NCBI GenBank assembly: GCA_964587915.1
Contig: CAZPMK010000011.1
Location: 7,310-39,309, forward strand
DNA length: 32,000 nucleotides
Direction of reading: 5' to 3'
Origin: an uncultured Clostridium sp.
GTDB taxonomy: Bacteria; Bacillota; Clostridia; Oscillospirales; Acutalibacteraceae
Both the position numbers and the translations under genes were made by a program. Below the pieces are notes generated by a model. That model saw only the letters and a list, made by a program, of their open reading frames with translations, ran no database searches and had not been told where the DNA came from. Positions 9,242 through 17,906 of this stretch are shown piece by piece. Every line of letters begins with the position of its first letter. The stretch's first letter is position 1.

Positions 9242-9319
9242 TAAATTAAAAAAGAATGAATTTATGAATTTACTCGGGTTTTCTAAATAAAATAAAACAG
9301 TTGATGATTTAGAGGAGAG

Positions 9320-9988
9320 ATGGATTTGAACATTAAAACAGCAGAGCTGTTTGACCTTACGCATACAGCGGCGGGGGAGTATCTTGCGAATTTTGAATAT
9401 CCGTGGGAGGCTCTCGGCGGCATAAAAGAGATGATTAAAAATCTCGGCAAAAGTCTTGACAAGAACGAATATAACGAAATCGACGAAAATGTTTGGGTAC
9501 ACAAAACGGCACGCATAGCCGATACCGCCTTTATAGGTGCTCCGTGCATAATCGGCACCGAGACCGAGGTGCGTCACTGTGCATTCATAAGGGGCTCGGC
9601 TCTTATCGGAAGCGGCTGCGTTATCGGAAATTCCGTTGAAGTTAAAAATGCAATTATTTTTGACAGCGTACAGGTGCCGCATTTTAACTATGTCGGTGAC
9701 AGCATTCTCGGCTACCGCTCACACATGGGTGCAGGCTCGGTAACTTCCAATGTTAAGTCGGATAAAACACTTGTCCGTGTTAAAATCGGTGATGAAACAA
9801 TCGAAACAGGCTTAAAAAAATTCGGTGCAATGCTCGGCGATTTTGTCGAGGTTGGCTGTAATTCCGTGCTCAATCCCGGCACGGTAATCGGCAGAAATAC
9901 CAATATTTATCCGCTTTCATGCGTCAGAGGAGTTGTTGAAGCGGACAGCATTTTCAAAACAGGCGGAGTCACCGTCAAAAAGCATTGA
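9320..9988 (+). CDS. Left-handed beta-helix (hexapeptide-repeat) protein resembling the GlmU C-terminal acetyltransferase domain or a sugar-nucleotidyltransferase LbH tail
   Basis: 222 aa with successive hexapeptide turns (IGAPCIIGTETEV, IRGSALIGSGCVIGNSVEV, VGDSILGYRSHMGAGSV, VEVGCNSVLNPGTVIG). There is no nucleotidyltransferase domain. The start could instead be the TTG at 9326, which has better SD spacing. Confidence 0.65.
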   Translation: MDLNIKTAELFDLTHTAAGEYLANFEYPWEALGGIKEMIKNLGKSLDKNEYNEIDENVWVHKTARIADTAFIGAPCIIGTETEVRHCAFIRGSALIGSGCVIGNSVEVKNAIIFDSVQVPHFNYVGDSILGYRSHMGAGSVTSNVKSDKTLVRVKIGDETIETGLKKFGAMLGDFVEVGCNSVLNPGTVIGRNTNIYPLSCVRGVVEADSIFKTGGVTVKKH

Positions 9989-10023
9989 TTTATTATGAAC
10001 AATACGGAGAAAAGAGGTTAACT

Positions 10024-11409
10024 ATGGGCAGATATTTCGGCACTGACGGCTTCCGCGGCGAAGCAAACGAAAATCTTACAGCCGATGAAGCATACAAGGT
10101 AGGCAGATTTTTAGGCTGGTATTTCGGTGAATTAAAAAGAAGAGACGGTATTGAGGAAAGTGCAAAAATCGTTATAGGAAAAGATACAAGGCGTTCAAGC
10201 TATATGTTTGAATATGCACTTGTTGCGGGACTTACCGCTTCGGGAGCGGATGCCTATTTGCTCCATGTTACGACAACTCCCTCGGTTGCATATGTCACTC
10301 GACTCGACGGCTTTGATTGCGGCATCATGATTTCCGCAAGCCATAACCCTTATTACGACAACGGAATCAAGCTCATCAACAAGGACGGCGAAAAGTTAGA
10401 TGAAGCGACAATTGCCTATGTCGAGGATTATTTGGACGGCAAGCTCGAAATTTTCGGCGAAAAAATGTCGGAAATACCCTTTGCAAAGAAAAACTCCATC
10501 GGCAGAACCGTTGACTATGTTTCCGGACGAAACAGGTATATCGGATATTTGATTTCCCTCGGTATGTATTCGTTCAAGGGTGTTAAGGTCGGACTTGACT
10601 GCGCTAACGGCAGCTCATGGAATATCGCCAAATCCGTATTCGATGCACTTGGTGCAACCACGTATGTTATAAATGCCGAACCCACGGGCTTTAATATCAA
10701 CGAGGATGCAGGCTCCACGCATATAGACGGGCTGCGTCGGCTTGTCATTGAAAAGGGTCTCGATGTCGGCTTTGCATATGACGGAGATGCCGATCGCTGT
10801 CTTTGCGTTGACGAAAAAGGAAATGTCATAACCGGTGACCATATTCTTTATATTTGCGGTCGCTATATGAAAGAAAACGGAACCCTCAACAACAACACCG
10901 TTGTTACAACCGTTATGTCAAACCTCGGACTTTACAAGGCATTCGACAATCTCGGAATTGATTACGCAAAAACCGCCGTCGGCGACAAATATGTTTATGA
11001 ATATATGATGAAAAATCATAACCGTCTCGGCGGTGAGCAATCGGGTCATATCATATTCTCAAAGTACGCCTCAACGGGTGACGGCATTCTTACGAGCCTT
11101 AAAGTCATGGAGGTAATCATGGCAAAGAAGCAGCCGCTCAGTAAGCTCGCAGAATCGCTTGTGATTTATCCTCAGGTGCTCGAAAACGTTAAGGTCAAGG
11201 ATAAAGCGGCGGCTCAGGCTGATGAGGATGTACGAAAGGCCGTTGACGATGCGGCAAAGGCTCTCGGGGATTCCGGCAGAATACTTGTCCGCGAATCGGG
11301 AACGGAACCGCTTGTGCGTGTTATGGTGGAAGCCGAAACAAACGAAATGTGTCAAAAATATGTTGACAGCGTAGTAAAGGTCATTCTTGACAAGGGCTAC
11401 GGTATATAA
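10024..11409 (+). CDS. glmM: Phosphoglucosamine mutase
   Basis: MGRYFGTDGFRGEAN N-terminus, phosphoserine loop SASHNP, DGDADR metal loop, GGEQSGH, and RESGTEPLVRVMVEA. I prefer the ATG at 10024 (GGAGAAAAGAGG upstream) over the ORF-track start at 9985. Confidence 0.93.
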   Translation: MGRYFGTDGFRGEANENLTADEAYKVGRFLGWYFGELKRRDGIEESAKIVIGKDTRRSSYMFEYALVAGLTASGADAYLLHVTTTPSVAYVTRLDGFDCGIMISASHNPYYDNGIKLINKDGEKLDEATIAYVEDYLDGKLEIFGEKMSEIPFAKKNSIGRTVDYVSGRNRYIGYLISLGMYSFKGVKVGLDCANGSSWNIAKSVFDALGATTYVINAEPTGFNINEDAGSTHIDGLRRLVIEKGLDVGFAYDGDADRCLCVDEKGNVITGDHILYICGRYMKENGTLNNNTVVTTVMSNLGLYKAFDNLGIDYAKTAVGDKYVYEYMMKNHNRLGGEQSGHIIFSKYASTGDGILTSLKVMEVIMAKKQPLSKLAESLVIYPQVLENVKVKDKAAAQADEDVRKAVDDAAKALGDSGRILVRESGTEPLVRVMVEAETNEMCQKYVDSVVKVILDKGYGI

Positions 11410-11427
11410 AATATAAGTATAAAATTA

Positions 11428-11464
11428 ACGCCTCTGCAACGGTGATGCTGCGGAGGCGTTTTCA
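11428..11464. terminator. Bidirectional terminator between the convergent glmM and icd genes
   Basis: AACGCCTCTGCA...TGCGGAGGCGTT stem of about 12 bp (one G-U pair) followed by TTTT. The complement is preceded by an A-rich tract. Confidence 0.75.
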
Positions 11465-11466
11465 TA

Positions 11467-12633
11467 TTATGCGAGTTTTGTAAGGGCCTCCATTACGTAA
11501 TTGCCGAATTCTTCACAGGTACAGCCATCGGCTCTGCCGGTGATGTGAATCTTCTTTTCTTCGTACATACAAATGTCAAGTGCTCTTTCGAGTCTGTCTG
11601 CTTCGGACTGCTTGCCGATGTGGGAGAGAAGCATGACAGCGGCTCTGAGCATTGAACAGGGATCGGCGTACTGACCTCTGCCCTCGCGAATCATTCTCGG
11701 TGCGGAACCGTGGATTGCTTCAAACATTGCGTACTTTTTGCCAATGTTTGCACTGCCCGCGGTACCTACGCCGCCCTGGAATTCGGCAGCCTCGTCCGTG
11801 ATGATGTCGCCGTAGAGATTGGGAAGAACGAACACCTTGAAATCCTTACGCCTTTTGGGGTCGATGAGCTTTGCGGTGGTGATGTCGATATACCATTCAT
11901 CCGTTGTTATCTCGGGATAATCCTTGCCGACCTCCTTGCAGAGATTGAGGAATTTACCGTCGGTGGTTTTAATGACATTTGCCTTTTGGATTATGGAAAC
12001 TCTGTCCTTGTGATTTCTTCTTGCATAATCATAAGCGAGCTTTGCAATTCTCTTTGATCCTTCGGTGGTGGTGACAACGAAATCCATTGCAAGATCATCG
12101 GTAACATTGACGCCCTTTGAACCTACCGCATAAGCACCCTCGGTGTTTTCACGGAAGAATGTCCAGTCGATGCCCTCTTCGGGAACCTTTACGGGACGCA
12201 GGTTGCAGAAAAGGTCAAGAGCCTTTCTCATTGCAACGTTTGCACTTTCAATGTTGGGCCACGGATCTCCTGCCTGAGGAGTGGTGGTGGGTCCCTTGAG
12301 AATTACGGGGCACTGTTTAAGCTCTTCAAGAACATCATCGGGAATTGCCTTGTTTACGGCAACACGATTTTCAATTGTGAGACCGTCAATGGTTTTGAAT
12401 TCGATTTTGCCGTTCTCAACATCGCTTTTAAGCAAAAATTCAAGAACGCGAGCCGCTTCGTTTGTGATGATGGGACCGATGCCGTCGCCGCCGCAAACGC
12501 CGATGGTCAGCTTGTCGAGCTTGGAATAATCAACAAAATCGCCCTGCTGCTTGATTTCTTCGCTTCTTGCGTCCTGCTCTCTGATAAGAGCTTCAAATTT
12601 ATCGAGTGCATTTTTGATTTGTGCTTCGGTCAT
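11467..12633 (-). CDS. icd: Isocitrate/isopropylmalate dehydrogenase-family enzyme, probably isocitrate dehydrogenase
   Basis: 388 aa with GGDGIGPIIT, NLYGDIITDEAA and HGSAP blocks of the beta-decarboxylating dehydrogenase family. It starts 2 nt after the aconitase stop, which favours an isocitrate substrate. Confidence 0.75.
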   Translation of the reverse strand: MTEAQIKNALDKFEALIREQDARSEEIKQQGDFVDYSKLDKLTIGVCGGDGIGPIITNEAARVLEFLLKSDVENGKIEFKTIDGLTIENRVAVNKAIPDDVLEELKQCPVILKGPTTTPQAGDPWPNIESANVAMRKALDLFCNLRPVKVPEEGIDWTFFRENTEGAYAVGSKGVNVTDDLAMDFVVTTTEGSKRIAKLAYDYARRNHKDRVSIIQKANVIKTTDGKFLNLCKEVGKDYPEITTDEWYIDITTAKLIDPKRRKDFKVFVLPNLYGDIITDEAAEFQGGVGTAGSANIGKKYAMFEAIHGSAPRMIREGRGQYADPCSMLRAAVMLLSHIGKQSEADRLERALDICMYEEKKIHITGRADGCTCEEFGNYVMEALTKLA

Positions 12634-12635
12634 GT

Positions 12636-14579
12636 TTATTTCTCCTGTTCTGAATTTTTCTTTGTGTAATTGAGCAGACCGCCGGCAAGAATCATCGCCG
12701 TTTGTCTGTCGGAGTAGTCATAGCTCAATGCGTATTCTTCGCCCTTGGTTACGTTTCTGAGAGTAACAGCTTTTCCGTCTGCGATTTTTTCACGGATTCC
12801 GTCGAGCGAGAGAATGTCATCGGTGTCGATTCTGTCATAATCCTCGGGATTTGCAAAGGTGAAGGGCATTATACCTGCGTTGATAAGATTTGCACAATGA
12901 ATGCGGGCAAAGGATTTTGCAATTACCGCCTTTATGCCGAGATACAGAGGAACAAGTGCGGCGTGCTCTCTTGAAGAGCCCTGACCGTAGTTTGAACCGC
13001 CTATGATGAAGCCCTTGCCTGCCGCTTTACAGCGTTCGGAGAATTTTTCGTCACACTGCTTGAAGCAGAAATTTGAAAGATAGGGGATATTTGAACGGTA
13101 GGGGAGTATCTTTGCGCCTGCGGGCATTATGTGATCCGTCGTGATATTGTCACCGACCTTGAGAATTGCAGGAGCTTCAATGGATTCGGGAAGCTCATAG
13201 CTTACGGGGAACGGCTTGATGTTCGGGCCGTATTTTATCTCAACTGAATCTGCTTCATCAACGCTTGCAGGTTTTTCAATCATGTTGTCGTTGATGATAA
13301 AGCGTTCGGGAAGATTTATTTCGGGAGCCTCGCCGAGAGTTCTCGGGTCCGTGAGATGTCCCGTAATTGCGGAAGCTGCGGCAACCTCGGGGCTTACAAG
13401 ATATATTCCCGCATCGGCGGTACCGGAGCGACCCTCAAAGTTTCTGTTGAAGGTGCGAAGCGAAACGCCTCGGGACTGCGGAGACTGACCCATTCCTATG
13501 CAGGGACCGCAGGAGCATTCGAGAAGTCTTGCACCGGCACCGAGAATATCGGAAAGAGCACCGTTGAGTGAAAGCATATTGAGAACCTGCATTGAGCCCG
13601 GAGAAATAGTAAGGCTCACATTGGGGGCAACCTTCTTGCCTTTAAGAATGGAGGCAACCTTGAGAAGATCCAAAAGTGACGAGTTGGTGCATGAGCCTAT
13701 GCAGACCTGGCTGATTTCAATTTCGCCGATATCGCAGACCTTTTTAACGTTGTCGGGCATATGAGGCATTGCCGCCATAGGTACGAGCTTTGAAAGGTCA
13801 ATGTCGATTATTTCGTCATATACGGCATCGGCATCGGCAGAAAGCTCGCTCCAATCTTCTTCACGGCCCTGTGCTTTAAGAAATGCCTTTGTAATTTCAT
13901 CCGAGGGAAAAACGGAGGTTGTTGCACCAAGCTCTGCACCCATGTTGGTTATGGTTGCTCTCTCGGGAACGGAAAGAGTTTTAACGCCCTCTCCGCCGTA
14001 TTCGATTATTTTACCTACGCCGCCCTTAACGGACATGATACGGAGAACCTCAAGAATGATATCCTTTGCTCCGACCCACGGTGAGAGCTTGCCCGAAAGA
14101 CGAACAAGAGTCATTTTGGGCATAGTTGTATAATATGTACCGCCGCCCATGGCAACCGCAACATCAAGTCCGCCCGCACCGATTGCAAGCATACCTATTC
14201 CGCCGCCCGTGGGGGTGTGGCTGTCCGAACCGATAAGAGTTTTGCCGGGCTTGCCGAAGCGTTCAAGATGGATTTGGTGGCATATTCCGTTTCCGGGCTT
14301 TGAAAAGAGAAGTCCTCTCTTTTTTGCAACGCTCTGAATGAATCTGTGATCATCGGCGTTCTCGAAGCCTGTTTGCAGGGTGTTGTGGTCAATGTATGCA
14401 ACCGAAAGCTCGGTGCGTACTCTTTCAACGCCCATTGCCTCAAATTCAAGATACGCCATCGTTCCCGTCGCATCCTGAGTAAGAGTTTGGTCTATTCTGA
14501 GACCTATTTCGGTTCCGGGTATCATTTCACCGCTGACAAGATGAGCCTTTATCAGCTTTTGACCGATTGTCATTCCCAT
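12636..14579 (-). CDS. acn: Aconitate hydratase
   Basis: 647 aa with Fe-S ligand contexts IGSCTNSS and CGPCIGMGQ, the GSDSHT motif, and a C-terminal swivel domain (GGSNYGQGSSREHAA). Confidence 0.9.
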   Translation of the reverse strand: MGMTIGQKLIKAHLVSGEMIPGTEIGLRIDQTLTQDATGTMAYLEFEAMGVERVRTELSVAYIDHNTLQTGFENADDHRFIQSVAKKRGLLFSKPGNGICHQIHLERFGKPGKTLIGSDSHTPTGGGIGMLAIGAGGLDVAVAMGGGTYYTTMPKMTLVRLSGKLSPWVGAKDIILEVLRIMSVKGGVGKIIEYGGEGVKTLSVPERATITNMGAELGATTSVFPSDEITKAFLKAQGREEDWSELSADADAVYDEIIDIDLSKLVPMAAMPHMPDNVKKVCDIGEIEISQVCIGSCTNSSLLDLLKVASILKGKKVAPNVSLTISPGSMQVLNMLSLNGALSDILGAGARLLECSCGPCIGMGQSPQSRGVSLRTFNRNFEGRSGTADAGIYLVSPEVAAASAITGHLTDPRTLGEAPEINLPERFIINDNMIEKPASVDEADSVEIKYGPNIKPFPVSYELPESIEAPAILKVGDNITTDHIMPAGAKILPYRSNIPYLSNFCFKQCDEKFSERCKAAGKGFIIGGSNYGQGSSREHAALVPLYLGIKAVIAKSFARIHCANLINAGIMPFTFANPEDYDRIDTDDILSLDGIREKIADGKAVTLRNVTKGEEYALSYDYSDRQTAMILAGGLLNYTKKNSEQEK

Positions 14580-14616
14580 AAGTAACCTCCTGTATATGTG
14601 AAAGAATTTTTATACC

Positions 14617-15078
14617 TTATTTTTCGAGCTTAAAAGTGTATGTGTAGCCGTTTTTAACATAAGTTTGATCAACGCCCTTCGGAGCAACCTCGCCGTTTAC
14701 GATGAAAGACCAATATGTTCCGTCCGTGTTGTAATCTGCGGTGGTTCCATTGACAGTCTTAACGTAAAGTCCGTAATCTCCCTGTTCTCCGGAAATAAGT
14801 CCGATTGAAGAAAGAGCTTCGCCAACGGTGTTTTTATCGGTGCCGATGTCAAATTCAACGGTTTTTCCGTTGCCGTCGATTATTTTAAGGACGAACGAAA
14901 ACTTACCCGTACCGATTTTGGTGCGAACGGAAGCCAAGGTGGTCTGTTCTGAGGTGACCGTCGTTTGAGAAGCGGATACGGTTGTTTCGGTGTCGCCGTT
15001 TGAGGTGCAGGAGCTAAACAGGACGCAAATGCACATAAGTACGCCGACAAACAAAAGGACAGGCTTTGATTTATTCAT
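14617..15078 (-). CDS. DUF4430-like (transcobalamin-beta-domain-like) lipoprotein
   Basis: I prefer the ATG at 15078 (AGAGGT SD 8 nt upstream) over the ORF-track start at 15153. It has a signal peptide with lipobox LFSS-C, a Thr/Ser linker, and a C-terminal YWSFIVNGEVAPKGVDQTYVKNGYTYTF, which is typical of DUF4430. Confidence 0.7.
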   Translation of the reverse strand: MNKSKPVLLFVGVLMCICVLFSSCTSNGDTETTVSASQTTVTSEQTTLASVRTKIGTGKFSFVLKIIDGNGKTVEFDIGTDKNTVGEALSSIGLISGEQGDYGLYVKTVNGTTADYNTDGTYWSFIVNGEVAPKGVDQTYVKNGYTYTFKLEK

Positions 15079-15233
15079 TATGCATACCTCTGATCTTATA
15101 TAATAACTAAAATAAATATATAACATATCACGATAAAATGCAAGCAAAATCATACGATATTAAAATATTTCGTGAATTTGCCGACAAAAAGCAGAATTAT
15201 TTATCACAAAACGGTCAATGCTTATACTACTTG

Positions 15234-15262
15234 AAAACCGAGCCCGAACAACTCGGACTCGG
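15234..15262 (-). terminator. Rho-independent terminator after the aminotransferase gene
   Basis: On the minus strand: CCGAGtCCGA-gttgt-TCGGgCTCGG followed by TTTTC, about 35 nt past the stop at 15296. Confidence 0.7.
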
Positions 15263-15295
15263 CTGTGGTTGACACCGAGAGATAAATCGGAAATG

Positions 15296-16561
15296 TCAGT
15301 CGGAAAGTTTTTCGACTGCGGAGATTTCTACGCACAAGCACAGAATCTCAACCGCCTTGCAGAGCTCGTCCCTTGACGGGAAGGTGGGGGCAATGCGGAT
15401 ATTTTTGTCCTCGGGGTCTTTGCCGTAGGGATAGGTAGCACCTGCACCCGTGAGGGTTACGCCTGCTTCCTTGCAAAGCTGAACCGTTCTTTTTGCACAG
15501 CCGGGGTATACGTCAAGACTTATAAAGTAACCGCCGTTCGGAACAGTCCATTCTGCAATACCCTTGCCCGAGAGCTTAGTGTTAAACGCATCGAGAACCG
15601 CATCGAATTTCGGACGGAGTATTTCCGCATGGCGGAGCATATGCTTTTCGATTCCCGCCTTATTTTTGAAAAATGCCGCATGGCGAAGCTCGTTGAGCTT
15701 GTCGTGACCGATGGTCTGTATCGTCATTCTCTTCTTTATTGCCGCAATGTTCGCATCGGAAGCGGCGAGAGCGGCAACGCCCGAACCGGGATATGTGATT
15801 TTTGATGTTGAACAAACCTCGATAAAATTATCTTCGGTGCCGTATTTTTCGCATTCGGCAAAGATGTTTGCAAGCTCATCGTGCTTGTCATATATATGAT
15901 GAACACAGTATGCGTTGTCCCATATGACTCTGAAGTCCTTTGCGGCGGGCTTCAAAGCGGCAAAGCGTTTTACCGTTTCGTCTGAGTATGTATAACCCGT
16001 GGGATTTGAATACATCGGCACACAGAATACGCCCTTGACCTTTTCATCCTTGACAAGCTCTTCAATCATGTCCATGTCGGGGCCGTTTTTGTCAGAGGGA
16101 ACATTTATCATCTCAATACCGAAATGCTCGAGAATGGCGAAATGTCTGTCATATCCGGGAACGGGGCAAAGAAATTTAATTCCGTCCTGCTTGCACCAAG
16201 GCTCTGCTCCTGCACCGAACATCATGCATTGAGCAATATAGTCATACATAACATTGAGACTTGAATTGCCGAATATAATAAGATTTTGGGGCTTTACATC
16301 GAGAATTTCACAGAACAGTGCCTTGCATTCGGGGATTCCGTCAAGACCGCCGTAGTTGCGTATATCCATGCCGTCGGCGGCTTTGAAATCGCCGAGAAGA
16401 GCAGTGTCAAGCATATCTGCCGACAGCTCAAGCTGTTCCTTTGACGGCTTACCTCTTGCCATGTTGAGCGACAGCCCGAGAGCCTTGTAAGCCTCATATT
16501 CCTTTTTGAGACAGCAGAGCCGTTCGGAAAGCTGTTCTTTTGACATTTCCCGTATATTCAT
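15296..16561 (-). CDS. PLP-dependent aminotransferase (fold type I, aspartate-aminotransferase-like subfamily)
   Basis: 421 aa. STSKITYPGSG gives the S-x-S-K PLP-lysine context, and DNAY precedes it. GGAGG SD is present. Confidence 0.75.
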   Translation of the reverse strand: MNIREMSKEQLSERLCCLKKEYEAYKALGLSLNMARGKPSKEQLELSADMLDTALLGDFKAADGMDIRNYGGLDGIPECKALFCEILDVKPQNLIIFGNSSLNVMYDYIAQCMMFGAGAEPWCKQDGIKFLCPVPGYDRHFAILEHFGIEMINVPSDKNGPDMDMIEELVKDEKVKGVFCVPMYSNPTGYTYSDETVKRFAALKPAAKDFRVIWDNAYCVHHIYDKHDELANIFAECEKYGTEDNFIEVCSTSKITYPGSGVAALAASDANIAAIKKRMTIQTIGHDKLNELRHAAFFKNKAGIEKHMLRHAEILRPKFDAVLDAFNTKLSGKGIAEWTVPNGGYFISLDVYPGCAKRTVQLCKEAGVTLTGAGATYPYGKDPEDKNIRIAPTFPSRDELCKAVEILCLCVEISAVEKLSD

Positions 16562-16598
16562 GAGAATAACCTCCGTTTGATTGATTTATAACCACTAT

Positions 16599-16649
16599 AT
16601 TCTATATCATTTTAAATGATTTTGCAAGACTTATTTTGAAATCTTGCAA
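16599..16649 (-). promoter_or_regulatory. Candidate promoter with an overlapping palindromic operator upstream of the aminotransferase
   Basis: On the minus strand: -35 TTGCAA (16627-16622), 17 nt, -10 TAGAAT (16604-16599). The perfect inverted repeat TTGCAAGA-N12-TCTTGCAA (16622-16649) covers the -35 box. Confidence 0.5.
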
Positions 16650-16731
16650 AAAATGTTTTGAATACGGAGAAAAACACATAACTTTTGCATACTTTCGGAT
16701 TTATAATTCCAATTGTCGCCGCTCCGTGTAA

Positions 16732-16767
16732 AACAAGCTGACTTCGTAAAAACGAAATCAGCTTGTT
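16732..16767 (-). terminator. Probable terminator of the birA-led operon
   Basis: A 15-bp stem, AACAAGCTGA(c)TTCGT-aaaa-ACGAA(a)TCAGCTTGTT, lies 10 nt past the stop at 16777. The U-tract on the minus strand is weak (TTTTAC including stem bases). Confidence 0.55.
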
Positions 16768-16776
16768 ACTGAAATT

Positions 16777-17232
16777 TCACTGTTTGACTTTTACGGCTTT
16801 GTGTGTTATAAAGCCGGCAAGGGGTGAAAGTCCGATGATAACGCTTGAAAGAATCAGCCCAAAATTGCTTTCTTCAAATATGTAAGAAGCATTGACAAAC
16901 GGTACGGAAAGTACGTAGACGGCGGTTGTGATCGGTCCGAAGCCGGTAATAGTCAATTCCAAAATGAAGCAGATTATCCAAGCGAAAATCGGAATGGAAA
17001 CCGTTATTTGGTGGCAAAGGAAGAATTTATCGTTCCCTTTTTTCTTTGAATATACCGCCGCAAATATGTTATAAGCTGCAAATAAAACGAAAAACACTTT
17101 ATCGAGTCTGAGACTGCCGTATCCCAAATCAATTACATCGAAAAGATAAATCTTTCCGGACAGAAGTATGGGAAGAGCCCAAACAATAAGCGGCGAAATA
17201 ATACCCAAGGCAATTTGCGTTTTCGTTTTCAT
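16777..17232 (-). CDS. Small polytopic membrane protein of unknown function
   Basis: 151 aa from the ATG at 17232 (MKTKTQ), which lies 6 nt after GAGGTG. The ORF-track GTG at 17241 is itself part of that SD. Four to five hydrophobic helices, with no motif I recognise. Confidence 0.6.
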   Translation of the reverse strand: MKTKTQIALGIISPLIVWALPILLSGKIYLFDVIDLGYGSLRLDKVFFVLFAAYNIFAAVYSKKKGNDKFFLCHQITVSIPIFAWIICFILELTITGFGPITTAVYVLSVPFVNASYIFEESNFGLILSSVIIGLSPLAGFITHKAVKVKQ

Positions 17233-17242
17233 TTTGTACACC

Positions 17243-17896
17243 TCAGAGCAGAGTCTTGAGAATTTCGGGTTTCCTTGTCGTTATGTTGTCGGGTGCGATT
17301 TTTAGAATGCGTTTCATCTGTCGCGGCTTATCAACCGTCCAAAGAGAAACGAGCAGATTGTGCTTGTGCATTACGGCAACGAATGCGTGCGTTGCGGTTG
17401 AGTAATGCGAATTTATGCCAATGACACCGAGAGACTTTGCTTTATCGGCGAGCTTTTCGGCGGATCTTTTGCAAAACGCTTCACGCAGAGTTATGCGGTG
17501 ATTGAGAAAATAGGGGATTGAAGAATTGTTTTTGACGGTTTCAACCCAATTTTCGCCGACTCCCGTATAAAAAACTCTTTCTGCAAGACCGGATTCGGCA
17601 ACGAGCCTGTCAACCTCGGGAAGATTTTTGGTGGATTTAAGGTCAAGATTTATTTTGCAGGAGTCACTTTTCGCTACTGCGGCAAGAGCTTTGCAGAGAA
17701 GCACGCCTTCGTTCTGTGCCGGAGCGGCGGCGTGAATGATAACCGGTGTTCCGTCGGGTCTGAACGTAACGTCAAATTCAACTGTCTGAGCACCCCATTC
17801 AACGGCTTTTTCAACAGATTCAACCGTGTTTGCCTTTGTGCCGAGAGCACCGGCATGGCAGGTTACGGTAAAGCCGTCGGGCAGTCTGTTTTTCAT
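17243..17896 (-). CDS. Glycerophosphodiester phosphodiesterase (GDPD)-family protein
   Basis: 217 aa. CHAGALGTKANTVESVEKAVEWGAQTVEFDVTFRPDGTPVIIH follows the GDPD pattern H-x-G...NT...A...GA...E-x-D-V...DG-x-x-V-x-x-H. No signal peptide. Confidence 0.7.
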   Translation of the reverse strand: MKNRLPDGFTVTCHAGALGTKANTVESVEKAVEWGAQTVEFDVTFRPDGTPVIIHAAAPAQNEGVLLCKALAAVAKSDSCKINLDLKSTKNLPEVDRLVAESGLAERVFYTGVGENWVETVKNNSSIPYFLNHRITLREAFCKRSAEKLADKAKSLGVIGINSHYSTATHAFVAVMHKHNLLVSLWTVDKPRQMKRILKIAPDNITTRKPEILKTLL

Positions 17897-17906
17897 TTGT
17901 CACACC

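Noticed and set aside
9125-9682. 185-aa (-) ORF spanning the putP/LbH intergenic region
   Set aside because: It runs through an AT-rich divergent promoter region and then antisense into the LbH gene. It has no SD and a low-complexity sequence.
15079-15233. Possible cobalamin riboswitch upstream of the DUF4430 lipoprotein gene
   Set aside because: The region is only about 155 nt, very AT-rich, and lacks the conserved B12-box-like GC-rich core and multi-stem architecture.
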